64,000 nucleotides of DNA from Podarcis pityusensis (Eukaryota). How positions within the stretch are numbered: position 1 is the first letter of the stretch; every line of letters begins with the position of its first letter. Where the stretch lies: the NCBI GenBank assembly GCA_964106645.2, contig OZ067038.1; one strand, given 5' to 3'. A model generated the notes under the pieces. It had not been told where the DNA came from and did no database searches. It saw only the letters and a list, made by a program, of their open reading frames with translations. Positions 10,180-22,100 of the stretch are shown here, piece after piece. The position numbers and the translations under genes are program-made.

Positions 10180-13101
10180 GTGGGGGAGGGAGACAGTGCT
10201 CCTGAAGGTAGGAGTCTATCAATTGATGAAGATGATCATCCAAATGTCATAGACCAAATGGAGCAAACAGCACACAGACCTAGTGGTGGGAGGAAAAAAT
10301 CCTTAAATAAGAGTCACGGGGGAATGATTAATGGACTTCAATGTCTGTACACTAATGCGCAAAGCATGGGAAATAAACAAGATGAGCTTGAGCTCTTGGT
10401 ACAGCAAACTAAATATGACATAATAGGCATCACTGAAACCTGGTGGGATAAGTCCCACGATTGGAATGTAATAATGGGGGGATACAATCTATTTCAGAGA
10501 AACAGACCAGACAAGAAAGGAGGAGGAGTGGCGTTATATGTCAGGGATGTGTATACCTGTGAAGAGATCCAAGATTTAGAACCTCAAAGCCAAAGTGAGA
10601 GCATTTGGGTCAAAATTAAGGGAGAGAAGAATAACAGTGACCTCATTGTGGGAGTTTACTATAGATTCCCCAAGCCAAACGGAGGACATAGATGATGCCT
10701 TCCTGGAACAGATGGCCAAGCATGCAAAAGGAAGGGAGATAGTAGTAATGGGGGACTTCAATTACCCGGATATTTGTTGGATGTCAAACTCAGCCAAGAG
10801 CATAAGGTCAAACAGATTCCTCACTGGCCTTGCAGACAACTTCATTGTCCAGAAAGTGGGAGAAGCAACAAGAGGAACAGCCATTTTAGATCTGGTCCTA
10901 ACCAATGTTGATGACCTGGTTAGTGGGGTAGAAGTGGAAGGATCATTAGGCGCGAGTGATCATGCTCTTCTGAAGTTTACTATACAGCGGAAAGGAGCAG
11001 CCAAGCATACTAGGACTCAATTTCTTGACTTTAAGAAAGCTGACTTCATAAAACTTAGGGAAGTGCTGGGTGAGATCCCATGGACAGTAATACTAAAAGG
11101 AAAGGGAGTTCATGATGGCTGGGAGTTTGTTAAGAGGGAGATACTAAAAGCACAACGTCAGGCAATACCAATGAGACAGAAACATGGAAGGTGCCTAAAG
11201 AAGCCAGGGTGGCTATCTAAAGAACTTTTAACTGAGTTAAGATAAAAAAGGATGTGTACAAAAAATGGAAAAGGGGGGAAACCACCAAAGAGGAATTCAA
11301 ACAAATAGCCAGCACGTGTAGACACAAAGTCAGAAAAGCTAAAGCACAGAATGAACTCAGGCTTGCTAGAGAGGTTAAAAGCAACAAAAAAGGCTTTTAT
11401 GGGTATGTCCGTAGCAAAAGGAAGAACAAAGAAACAGTGGGGTCACTCAGAGGAGAAGATGGTGAAATGCAAACAGGGGACACAGAAAGAGCTGAACTCC
11501 TCAATGCCTTCTTTGCCTCAGTCTTCTCCGATAAAGAAAACAATGCCCGACCTGAAGAATTTGGAGCAAATGATTCAGCAGAGGAAACACAGCCCAGAAT
11601 AACTAAGGAGATAGTACAAGAATACTTGGCTAGTTTAGATGTATTCAAGTCTCCAGGGCCAGATGAACTGCATCCAAGAGTATTAAAAGAACTGGCAGAT
11701 GTGATCGCAGAACCACTGGCAGTCATCTTTGAGAATTCCTGGAGAACAGGCGAAGTCCCGGCAGACTGGAGGAGGGCAAATGTTGTCCCTATTTTCAGAA
11801 AGGGGAAAAGAGAGGACCCAAATAATTACCACCCAGTCAGTCTGACATCAATACCAGGGAAGATTCTGGAGCAGATCATTAAGCAAACAGTCTGTGAGCA
11901 CCTAGAAAGGAATGCTGTGATCACCAATAGTCAGCATGGATTTCTGAAAAATAAGTCATGTCAGACTAACCTGATCTCGTTTTTTGACAGAATTACAAGC
12001 TTGGTAGATGAAGGGAACGCAGTGGATGTAGCCTACCTTGATTTCAGCAAGGCATTTGACAAGGTGCCTCATGATATTCTTGTAAAGAAGCTGGTAAAAT
12101 GCGGTCTTGACTATGCTACCACTCAGTGGATTTGTAACTGGCTGACTGACCGAAGCCAAAGGGTGCTCATCAATGGTTCCTCTTCATCCTGGAGAAGAGT
12201 GACTAGTGGGGTGCCACAGGGTTCTGTCTTGGGCCCGGTCTTATTCAACATCTTTATCAACGACTTGGATGATGGACTTAAGGGCATCCTGATCAAATTT
12301 GCAGATGACACCAAACTGGGAGGGGTGGCTAACACCCCAGAGGACAGGATCACACTTCAAAACGACCTTGACAGATTAGAGAACTGGGCCAAAACAAACA
12401 AGATGAATTTTAACAGGGAGAAATGTAAAGTATTGCACTTGGGCAAAAAAAATGAGAGGCACAAATACAAGATGGGGGACACCTGGCTTGAGAGCAGTAC
12501 ATGTGAAAAGGATCTAGGAGTCTTGGTTGACCACAAACTTGACATGAGCCAACAGTGTGACGCGGCAGCTAAAAAAGCCAATGCAATTCTGGGCTGCATC
12601 AATAGGAGTATAGCATCTAGATCAAGGGAAGTAATAGTGCCACTGTATTCTGCTCTGGTCAGACCTCACCTGGAGTACTGTGTCCAGTTCTGGGCACCAC
12701 AGTTCAAGAAGGACACTGACAAACTGGAACGTGTCCAGAGGAGGGCAACCAAAATGGTCAAAGGCCTGGAAACGATGCCTTATGAGGAACGGCTAAGAGA
12801 GCTGGGCATGTTTAGCCTGGAGAAGAGGAGGTTAAGGGGTGATATGATAGCCATGTTCAAATATATAAAAGAATGTCACATAGAGGAGGGAGAAAGGTTG
12901 TTTTCTGCTGCTCCAGAGAAGCGGACACGGAGCAATGGATCCAAACTACAAGAAAGAAGATTCCACCTAAACATTAGGAAGAACTTCCTGACAGTAAGAG
13001 CTGTTCGACAGTGGAATTTGCTGCCAAGGAGTGTGGTGGAGTCTCCTTCTTTGGAGGTCTTTAAGCAGAGGCTTGACAACCATATGTCAGGAGTGCTCTG
13101 A
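10180..13101 (+). pseudogene. CR1 ORF2p (APE endonuclease + reverse transcriptase), broken by +1 (~10667) and -1 (~11243) indels
   Basis: [55 protein letters not shown] and the CR1 C-terminus [11 protein letters not shown] are spread over three track ORFs. Confidence 0.95.
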
Positions 13102-13143
13102 TGGTGTTTCCTGCTTGGCAGGGGGTTGGACTCGATGGCCCTT

Positions 13144-13343
13144 NNNNNNNNNNNNNNNNNNNNNNNNNNNNNNNNNNNNNNNNNNNNNNNNNNNNNNNNN
13201 NNNNNNNNNNNNNNNNNNNNNNNNNNNNNNNNNNNNNNNNNNNNNNNNNNNNNNNNNNNNNNNNNNNNNNNNNNNNNNNNNNNNNNNNNNNNNNNNNNNN
13301 NNNNNNNNNNNNNNNNNNNNNNNNNNNNNNNNNNNNNNNNNNN
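13144..13343. other. Assembly gap (200 N, probably nominal size)
   Basis: Run of 200 N. Confidence 1.
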
Positions 13344-16137
13344 AGTCGCTCCTTCTGTTAATGGCTACACAAATCTCAAGCAGCAAATCAACACATTTTG
13401 CTTTTAACAACCTCCAGACTCCCTGCCCACTAACCAGATCATCAATAACGAGAGCATATTGTACAAATGGACTAATAACACAACCTTAATTCAATTGCTT
13501 CCAACAATTTTCTGTGCACACTCTATTAAAAACAGCCACTCAGCCAGAATGCTTTAGAAGCCTGCCCAAGGTCCCTTTCTGAAAAAGAGACAGGAATCTG
13601 AACTGGTTCAAGTCAGCCAATATCTGCCAGTCAGTTCTCCTTGACACTTGACTCTGCCATTTCACACATGACATTTATTTTATCTACACCGGTATTTTTT
13701 TGGGGGGGGGGGCATTATATACCTATGCAACATTACCATGCAAGATCACCCAGGGACAGTTTTCCTAAGTGGAACAGCAGCTGACAATGGAATATCAAAC
13801 ATGTTTCTCTGTGTTGAGAAATATACATGGGTGTTATCTTCACACACACCTTATATATATCTACAAGTTTGATGATACACACTCATGCAGATCCAAGAAA
13901 GGGCTTTCTGAAACACTATCACTTTTGTGTCAGAGGATTGAGTTCTATATGGATTGACAGTAAATGGTGTTTGTGCTTCTCTTTGGTTAATCTTTTGGCC
14001 TCATGGCTCAGGTCCAAATTGATTTATCCACATGATCTGGATGTGTCAGACATGGTTTTCCACTAAACCACTTAGCTATATCCATGTGTGGGGAATCAGG
14101 CAGTGCCAAAACACTCAGATGCTGCCATTTAATGCCTACCCTCTTCCTGCGCTTTCTCTTCAAGGAGGGATGTGACTCCCTAAGGAGAGAAGAAGGATAC
14201 TGGGTTCAGTCTGAGGAGGAGGTGTCCTGACAGAAATGCCTTTTTCTTTTCTGGGTCTTATGTCTGACAAATTGGTGTCTCCAGATATAATCAGCTGCCT
14301 TGGACTGCTTCTGATGTTACTTTTGTTTGCTATTTCTTAAAGAGACAGTCTGCAAGATCCTTGTTTCCGATACACCTGATCCTTCAGATTAGGGACGTAC
14401 AAAGTTTCTTTTTCATTAAGAATTTCAGAAGAAAAATTGTGTGTGTGTGTGTGTTTCTGGGGGGGGGGGTGTTGTGTGGGGAATTTACAACTCCACATGC
14501 TTATCTTTTTTTTGTTTTCTGCTTCCTTCCTGTTCACAGCTGCTCCTTTTCCCAAACTACAGCTTTGTCACAATTCTTTTTTAAAAAACTGGCGTTTTCC
14601 TCTGAAGTGACATCTTAAGCAGGGTGATGTCATCATGCCAATAAGAACTAGATACAAGTCAAATCAGAGTGAGGGTAACGGTTCCTGCCCTCACTCAAAG
14701 TGGACAAACATTTTATTTGTTTGTTTCCCTACAAAAACGCACACATACCAAAATGGAGGGGGGGAGGAGAAATGAGTCAGGGAAAGGGTAGTAATGCGGG
14801 AGGGAACATGGTGAGGAAGGGGGGGGGCAGAAGCCATCTTATTGATCACAGAAAGCCCCCTGCGCTGCTTCTCCTTGATTTCAAAAGGAAACTGTTCTGG
14901 TCTCAAAAACCTTCCCGTTTCAAAGATTTCACCTATATGCTTCTTTTCTTCACACCATGAGGGTTGGAACCGCACACTTATTTATTTTTTAAAAACAAAA
15001 TCTGAAATCCCCAAGGGCCTGGCTAAAAAGAACCAAATCAGCATGTGTTCTCCTAGAAAGGCACATGATGTGTTTTATGATGAGCCTATCGAGCCCCTGT
15101 TCTTGGGTATCATCTTCCTCTCTGTTTGGTCAAGATGCTTGAAGCCACAGGCTTAAATGATACGGCTGGGGCAGATCTTCTTACAGGAAGCACCTGCGAT
15201 GCTCTTGCAATTCAAATCAGCTGCAAGAAAAGGATTTGTGGCCTTTTCAGCCAACATTCCGCTCACGGCTAGGAAAGGCCAAGGTGATGGTAAGATTATT
15301 CCTCCATCTGCGGTCCAAAATGAATGTGTATGCGGTATATATGTTTGTATATATGTTTGTGTGTATGTCTATTTAAAACCCACCACAAAACAAAAAACTT
15401 GCCAAACTGAGAGATCTTTGCCTGCCATGTGCTGCTTGCCTTCAGTACTTTTGCATGGATAACTGGAAACTCACTTTGACAGACATGAGGCCCGTAACAA
15501 ATAGCATCCAACCAAAGTGAAGGAGCGTTTTTAATTGTTTCGCTGTCTGTGCCTCCAGCGGTGCTGCATTAGTGCCCTTGACTATGCTGGCTTTGCTTTT
15601 TTTCTTTCTTTCTCTAAAAGAAGTATTTATAGAGTGCCCTGTCAAGGCTCACATCTCTCTTAGCTTTCTTCCACTAACTGTCAAACTGGAAAAGCATCCT
15701 GAAATCTCCCGGGGCCTCCCTTCCTGATTTTCTGTGCTCCTGTAAGGTATCAATATGCTTGAGAGAACCGCCGAGTACTAAGCGCGTCTTTTGAAGGTAA
15801 TGGAACTGGATGGTCCATCGTGGCCCACCGTGATTGATTCACGCTTTACTCACACAGCAGAGAAGAGCTTTTTCCATCTCTTGGCCTGGTAACATTAGCT
15901 GCCTCTTTGCCGGGGTCTGCCTCCCTATTTGCTTTAAATATACAATGCCTTCTTTATTCTGGCATTACCCTGGGGGGACCTTGCTGTACATTATCTTGCG
16001 TGCAGCCTGGGTAATGGCTTGGCCTCGCTCGCTTCTTTTCATCTCCTCCGGCACCACAACAGCTGTTGGGCAGAACTACCCAAAAGCCTGCAGCAACACT
16101 TCTGCTCCTGAACTCTCTCTCGCAACGCAACCATTGG

Positions 16138-16383
16138 TCAAAAGCAGACAAAAAGGCCAGTGAGCCAGCAGATATGAGAGACCGCCACACTTGTTAGCAC
16201 AGCTGCATGGCGCACAATTTCAGGCAGCTCATCCAGGAGGAGGAGGGAGGTTGTCTCGTTGGTAGCAGCCCTTTTGAAAGAGCAATTGAGGTTTGTATCT
16301 ACCTCATTTCCCCAGTACTGAACCCCCAGTTCAGCACCAAATCCTTCAACCATGAATGCAGGAAGCTGCCATCTGGATGTAAC
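16138..16383 (-). CDS. Candidate terminal coding exon with hydrophobic C-terminus (unassigned)
   Basis: Acceptor tgtgttccag|GTT, open frame VTSRWQLPAF...HICWLTGLFVCF*, two N-glycosylation sequons (NCS, NET). No homologue recognised. Confidence 0.2.
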   Translation of the reverse strand, partial: VTSRWQLPAFMVEGFGAELGVQYWGNEVDTNLNCSFKRAATNETTSLLLLDELPEIVRHAAVLTSVAVSHICWLTGLFVCF

Positions 16384-16734
16384 CTGGAACACAGCGTACT
16401 GGGATCATCAACCGATATGGATAACACAGGTATCCTTTTGGCGGAAATCCTTCATAGCCACAGGACACTATACGACCAAGATTCCACACACACTCAGAAC
16501 TGTTGCTTTTCTGATATTCCATGCTTTGGGTTTTTCTTCAGAACAACAGAATAGTAGGAAGTAGAATATTCTGTCGTGTTTAGATTCTAGGTTGAGAACT
16601 CCACTATCCTTTTGTCACTTTAATATACCAATCCTAAGCATACTTACTAGGAGGTATGTTCACTGAACTCAGTACGACTTCTTGTTTTTCTGTCAAACTG
16701 CTTACCAACAGGATTGATGAAACAAAATGAAACT

Positions 16735-17035
16735 TTGCCACTACCTCTATCTCGGTATGTTTCCTGCATTGAGGCTGCTTAAGAAACTGCAGGTAGCACA
16801 CAACTCAGCGGCTGGGTTGTTCGGTGTGCAGCCTACACAGAGCGTGTGGCACCTTCGCTTAAATAACTCCACTGTCTGTCAGTATGTTACCAGGCAGGGC
16901 TGCCAGAGATGATGTTGTCATACAAGGCCCTAAGCCAATCCCTATTATTTTGTATTATTTTTATGTCTCTTATGTTTTGCTGTACTTGTATATATCATTG
17001 CACACAGTGCCTTCATCTGTTTTATATGAGTGGGC

Positions 17036-17080
<45 letters not shown>

Positions 17081-17470
17081 GATAGATAACCTGGGACCTG
17101 GTTCCATGAGGGAGTGCATTCTTCATTACCAATCTGCTTCTCATGGATTTGTTGCCTGCACATGTACATCTTGGGGCAACCAGGGGCAGGGTCTTCTCTG
17201 CTGTGGCACCTAATCTTCAGAATCCCTTCCCCACTGAAGTACAGAAGGTGCCAACCTTACTTAGGTTTTGGCATCGGTTAAGATTTATTTTTCCGTCAAA
17301 CATTTGCCGGCTTTACCTAGCTTTTAGTAACATGTTTTAATTTTTTTCTACTGTGGTTGTGGTATTGATGTTATGAGCTATTGTTGTTTTAACATATGAA
17401 GTTATTTTGTAACCACTCTGGAATTTGCTAATGAAAGGCGGTGTGTGTGTATTATTTTAAATACATAAAT
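16735..17470 (+). mobile_element. L2 LINE 3' remnant interrupted by an (AGAT)n microsatellite
   Basis: LYLGMFPALRLLKKLQVAHNSAA resembles L2 ORF2 C-terminal KLQLVQNAAA. Also RVFSAVAPNL and an L2-type 3' stem. Confidence 0.7.
17037..17088. repeat. (AGAT)n microsatellite
   Basis: Direct tandem repeat. Confidence 0.98.
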
Positions 17471-18236
17471 TTCTGCTGGTATGACAGAATTTAGTAGCAA
17501 TCCTCTAGAACCTGAGGTGTAACAAAGGAGGAAAGGAACATTGTTTTCTTCCCTCACCAACACAGCCGCCCCTCATTTGATGAGTGAGCAGCTGCCTCGA
17601 AATAACACAATAAAGAGTCGCTCCTGTCTGGGCTGTCTCTAGAATAGGGGGCGGCATCTCCAGGATGGAGTTGCAGCAGGCCTGACTTCATATAACATCC
17701 TAATTAAATGCTTGTTATTCATACAACAGAGGCCTGGTGGTCGAGGTGACACACCAGATAACATGACAAGTTCTCTTGGCCTCCTGACAGCAGCTGCTCC
17801 AGTGTGCTAAGGTTAAATGAAGAGTGAAAACCCGAACTCTAGCAAAGTGATTACAGAAGTGAATCCAGGCTCGTAGCTGCAGGGGGACTTGGAAAGACGG
17901 TTGCCTGAAACCTTGGAGAGCTGTTGCCAGCCAGTGTGGCTCATACTAAGTTAGATGGACCAACGATCTGACTTGGGATCAGATGGCTCCTTAGAATGCA
18001 GGCAGCAGTCCTAAGTGGAGTCAGGGAGGAGCAGAACAGAACATCCACCGCCATGCATCCCAAGCCTCATTGGCATGTGACCCATATGTGGTTTGTTTGT
18101 TTTTGCTACAACGGCTCATGCCACCTTAAATATACCTTCAGAAGGTGGTGGAAATATATTCTTAAATTATTCCAACTGCTGAAGGGATAACTTGAGCCTG
18201 CATCCTTAAAAGGTTAGTGCAGAAGACTCATTAAAC

Positions 18237-18372
18237 CAGGCTTCCTCAACCCCGGCCCTCCAGATGTTTTGAGACTACAATTCCCATCATCCCTGACCAC
18301 TGGTCCTGCTAGCTAGGGATCATGGGAGTTGTAGGCCAAAAACATCTGGAGGGCCGAGGTTGAGGAAGCCTG
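18237..18372. mobile_element. hAT (Charlie-like) palindromic MITE
   Basis: TIR caggcttcctcaac / gttgaggaagcctg, near-perfect hairpin, 8-bp TSD cattaaac/ggttaaac (6 of 8 match). Confidence 0.9.
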
Positions 18373-18409
18373 GGTTAAACCCTTCTGTGAGTCTACAAAC
18401 TCACATGGA

Positions 18410-18930
18410 ATGGGAAACAAAAGACGAAGAGGTTAAGTATGTAATGATAAGATGGGCAAAGGATCTGGGACATAACATACAAACAAATGATTGGGGAAAA
18501 CTTTGGAAGGTGGATCCTTAGTTTATTGATTATTATTTTTGAAAAAATTATCGACAAAAATATATAAACTCACATAGGAAAATTAATAATAATAATAATA
18601 ATAATAGATTCTCTGATTTTGAGCAGATAGTTAAGGAACAAAATATCCTGCAAAGCCTGTGAGCTGAGTGGATTAGACAAAGGATGGCTGGGCTACATTC
18701 AAATGCCTTGGAAAAAGAAAGAAAGAACTATATTTGGGTGAAAAAGCATGATGAATGGGGCGTAACATTAATAGCCAATGTAGAAGGGTGTAGCAATGCA
18801 AGGGATACAAACTTGGCAATGTGACATGATTTATCAGATCAACTAGAAATAGTTAATGAGTATGCATGCTTTTAAGCTGAACTGGACAGCTGGCTTATTC
18901 ATACACCAACAATTTTTGCTCCAATACAAG
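18410..18930 (+). mobile_element. Degraded L1 ORF2 C-terminal fragments
   Basis: VKYVMIRWAKDLGHNIQTNDWGKLWK reads like the squamate L1 ORF2 C-terminal region. Confidence 0.55.
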
Positions 18931-19511
18931 ACAACTCGGGGGGGGGGGGATATGAAGGTTCTATTAAATATGCTCAGGTGCTTAGCAACATCATTGCAAT
19001 CTTCTCAGCATCCCCGCCCTCTCCGTGGCAACACGCTGATGGCATGTTAAAATTCAGAGAAACAAAAGTTTCCAAATGGTTTCTGAAAAGCACAAGTCAG
19101 CTGGAAGGAGCCAACTAGGAAAGGCTCCAATGCCAAGAGTAGGTGTTGGGGTTTTTTTTTTACTTGCTATAAAATTAACAAGCTCTTTGTGGATTCAGTT
19201 TTCAGTTTGGTGCAGGGGGCTCGCAGTGTTTGAGGAAATGCTGGGGGGCACAGGGAGAATTCTCATTTTGGTTCCAAATGGGAGACAAAGCTTCCCTCAA
19301 ATATTGTTAATTTGTGAAGCTGCCAGGGTGATTGATGCTCTGTGAAATGGCAGCTTTCCTTGTAGCTTACAGAACTGCTATTAATGCAGTCAGAAAGCCT
19401 TCACTCCTTCAAGGGATCCTCACACTGAATATTAATAGCACACATCTTGCCTCTTCCGTTTGGGTTTCTTTGAAGGATCCTCTGCCTTGACAACAAGAGG
19501 ATATGGGAAGC

Positions 19512-20022
19512 TGATGGACTATATGGAACTGGTGGAGATGACTGGCAGAATCCGAGACCAGGGAGAAGAGTCAGTAGAAGAAGACTGGAAAAAGTTTAAA
19601 GACTACTTACAGAAATACTGTAAAATTAATGAATGTTAGGAAAATGTTGGAATGAAGTTATATGGCTTTAGTAGAAATGTTATAAGGAATTAAGTATAAA
19701 TAGATTAATAGAGTACTAAAGGGAAAAATAAGGTTAGAATCTTTTAAGATAATTAAAAGATAGAAAGCAGAGGAAGATGGAAAGGAATTGCTGAAACAAT
19801 TAACAGAAGTGGAATACAAAAAGGGAGGTGTGAGGAGGTCACTGAAATAAGTGAATGAAAGATAAGATGGAAATTGTTCGATGTTTTTTTTAAATTGTTT
19901 TTGTTCTGTTAGTTTAGTGCGTTGTGTAGTGTTTTTGTATTGTGTTGTGCTGTTCTTTTTTCTTCTTATTTTTGTGTGTGTTTGAATTGTCGGAAAAGTA
20001 ATAAATGTTATTTTTTTAAAAA
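19512..20022 (+). mobile_element. L1 3' end (5'-truncated)
   Basis: LMDYMELVEMTGRIRDQ...EDWKKFKDYLQKYCKINEC*, T-rich 3' UTR, AATAAA at 20000, A tail, and 17-bp TSD aagaggatatgggaagc (19495-19511 / 20023-20039). Confidence 0.9.
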
Positions 20023-20624
20023 AAGAGGATATGGGAAGCAAAGCCTGGCTGCTAATGCGGGCAGCATGGAGCGCAAACACAGGGGCAGCCATGCTGCAGA
20101 CACACTAGCCTTTCCATGGCAAGGATGGATGGATGGATGACTCAGACTAGTGGTCCATCAAGGTCAGTATTGTCTACTCCAGGGATGGAGAACCCAGTGG
20201 TGAAGCTGCATGCTCCGGGTGGAGAGCAGATGGGTGCTTGACTGGTGCACATCCTGGGGGGGGGGGCGTGGTGCGCATCCTTGGGGTGTGGCGTGCTGCC
20301 CGCAGGGCCGTGGCACCTGCCATAGTGGGGTGCGTGTGGTGCATGTCGGGGAGGGGGGCGGCCACAATGGTTCCCCCCGCCCCCCGTTCCTCCGCCAGTG
20401 CCCTTACCTGGACCTTCAACTCTCGCCTGGCCACAGGCTTCCCGACCCCCTCACATCACCAGCTCTGCTTTGTACCCTCAAGTGTTTTTGTCTAGCTAGA
20501 ACAGTGGTTCACAAAGGGTGTGGTGTGCCACACTGGTGCGGCAGGAGAGGATGACAAGTGTGACAGAAAGATTCAAGGACAATCACAGAAGCATTTCAGT
20601 ATAGTATGGCATGGCATAGCATTA

Positions 20625-20629
<5 letters not shown>

Positions 20630-20668
<39 letters not shown>
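20630..20668. repeat. (AT)n microsatellite abutting the BovB inverted segment
   Basis: Direct tandem repeat. Confidence 0.98.
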
Positions 20669-20670
<2 letters not shown>

Positions 20671-22100
20671 TTTGGCACTGCCCTTCTTTGGGATTGGGAT
20701 GTAGACTGATCTTCTCCAATCCTCTGGCCACTGCTGAGTTTTCCAAATTTGCTGGCATATTGAGTGTAGCACCTTGACAGCATCATCGTTTAAAATTTTA
20801 AATAGTTCAGCTGGAATATCATCACTTCCACTGGCCTTGTTATTAGCAATGCTTTCTAAGGCCCATTTGACTTCACTCTCCAGGATGTCTGGCTCAAGGT
20901 CAGCAACCACACTACCTGGGGTGTACGAGACATCCATATCTTTCTGGTGTAATTCCTCTGTGTATTCTTTCCACCTCTTCTTGATGTCTTCTGCTTCTGT
21001 TAGGTCCTTTCCACTTTTGTCTTTTATTATGGTAATCTTTGTACGAAATGTTCCTTTCATATCTCCAACTTTCTTGAACAGATCTCTGGTTTTTCCCATT
21101 CTATTGTTTTCCTCTATTTCTTTGCATTGCTCGTTTAAGAAGGCCTTCTTGTCTTTCCTTGCTATTTTTTGGAAATCTGCATTCAATTTCCTGTATCTTT
21201 CACTATCTCCCTCGCATTTTGCTTGCCTTCTCTCCCCCGCTATTTGTAAGGCCTCGTTGGACAGCCACTTTGCTTTCTTGCATTTCCTTTTCATTGGGAT
21301 GGTTTTAGTTGCTGACTTCTGTATAATGTTACGAGCCTCCATCCATAGTTCTTCAGGCACTCTGTCCACCAAATCTAAATCTTTAAACCTGTTCCTCACT
21401 TCCACTGTGTATTCATAAGGGATTTGACTTAGATTGTATCTTACCGGCCCAGTGGTTTTTCCTACTTTCTTCAGTTTAAGCTTGAATTTTGCAATAAGAA
21501 GCTGATGATCTGAGCCACAGTCAGCTCCAGGTCTTGTTTTTGCTGACTGTATAGAGCTTCTCCATCTTTGGCTGCAGAGAATATAATCAATCTGATTTCG
21601 ATGCTGCCCATCTGGTGATGTCCATGCGTAGAGTTGTCTCTTGTGTTGTTGGAAAAGAGTGTTTGTGATGACCAGCTTGTTCTCTTGGCAGAACTCTATT
21701 AGCCTTTGCCCTGCTTCGTTTTGAATTCCCAGGCCAAACTTGCCAGTTGTTCCTTTTATCTCTTGACTCCCTACTTTAGCATTCCAATCCCCTATAATGA
21801 GAAGAACATCTGCCTTGGATTCGTATCGAGATCATTCTATCATTTTTGAGATTGCATCCCAGTACAGCTTTCGCCACTCTTTTGTTGACTATGAGGGCCA
21901 CTCCATTTCTTTTACGGGATTCTTGCCCACAGTAGTAGATATGATAATCATCCGAACTGAATTCGCCCATTTCCATCCATTTTAGTTCACTGATGCCCAG
22001 GATGTCAATATTTATTCTTGCCATCTCATTTTTGACCACATCCAACTTACCAAGGTTCATGGTTCTTACATTCCAGGTTCCTATGCAATATTTTTCTTTC
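20667..22100 (-). mobile_element. RTE-BovB inverted 5' segment (endonuclease to start of RT)
   Basis: IGTWNVRTMN, ILGISELKW, IGDWNAKVG, QIDYIL, GSDH, KASGSDDIPAE, PIPKKG. Internal deletion at about 21811. Confidence 0.95.

Larger units (their letters stand above)
9208..13143 (+). mobile_element. CR1 LINE, near full length (5' truncated within ORF1, 3' tail lost in N gap)
   Basis: ORF1 esterase followed by ORF2 EN-RT, then the start of the CR1 3' UTR (gggggttggactcgatggccctt). Confidence 0.97.

Noticed and set aside
13031-13489. ORFs spanning the N run
   Set aside because: Artefacts of the assembly gap.
18237-18372. Near-perfect hairpin as possible pre-miRNA
   Set aside because: Multi-copy MITE with TIRs and TSD explains the hairpin.
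20180-20550. GC/CpG-rich patch as CpG-island promoter
   Set aside because: Begins with hAT-like termini (cagtggtgaagc, cagtggttcacaaa), so more likely nested DNA-transposon fragments. Boundaries unresolved.
20774-21418. Long antisense ORFs over BovB and CR1 (also 22528-22914, 52261-52776, 11397-11726)
   Set aside because: Shadow frames of LINE coding sequence.
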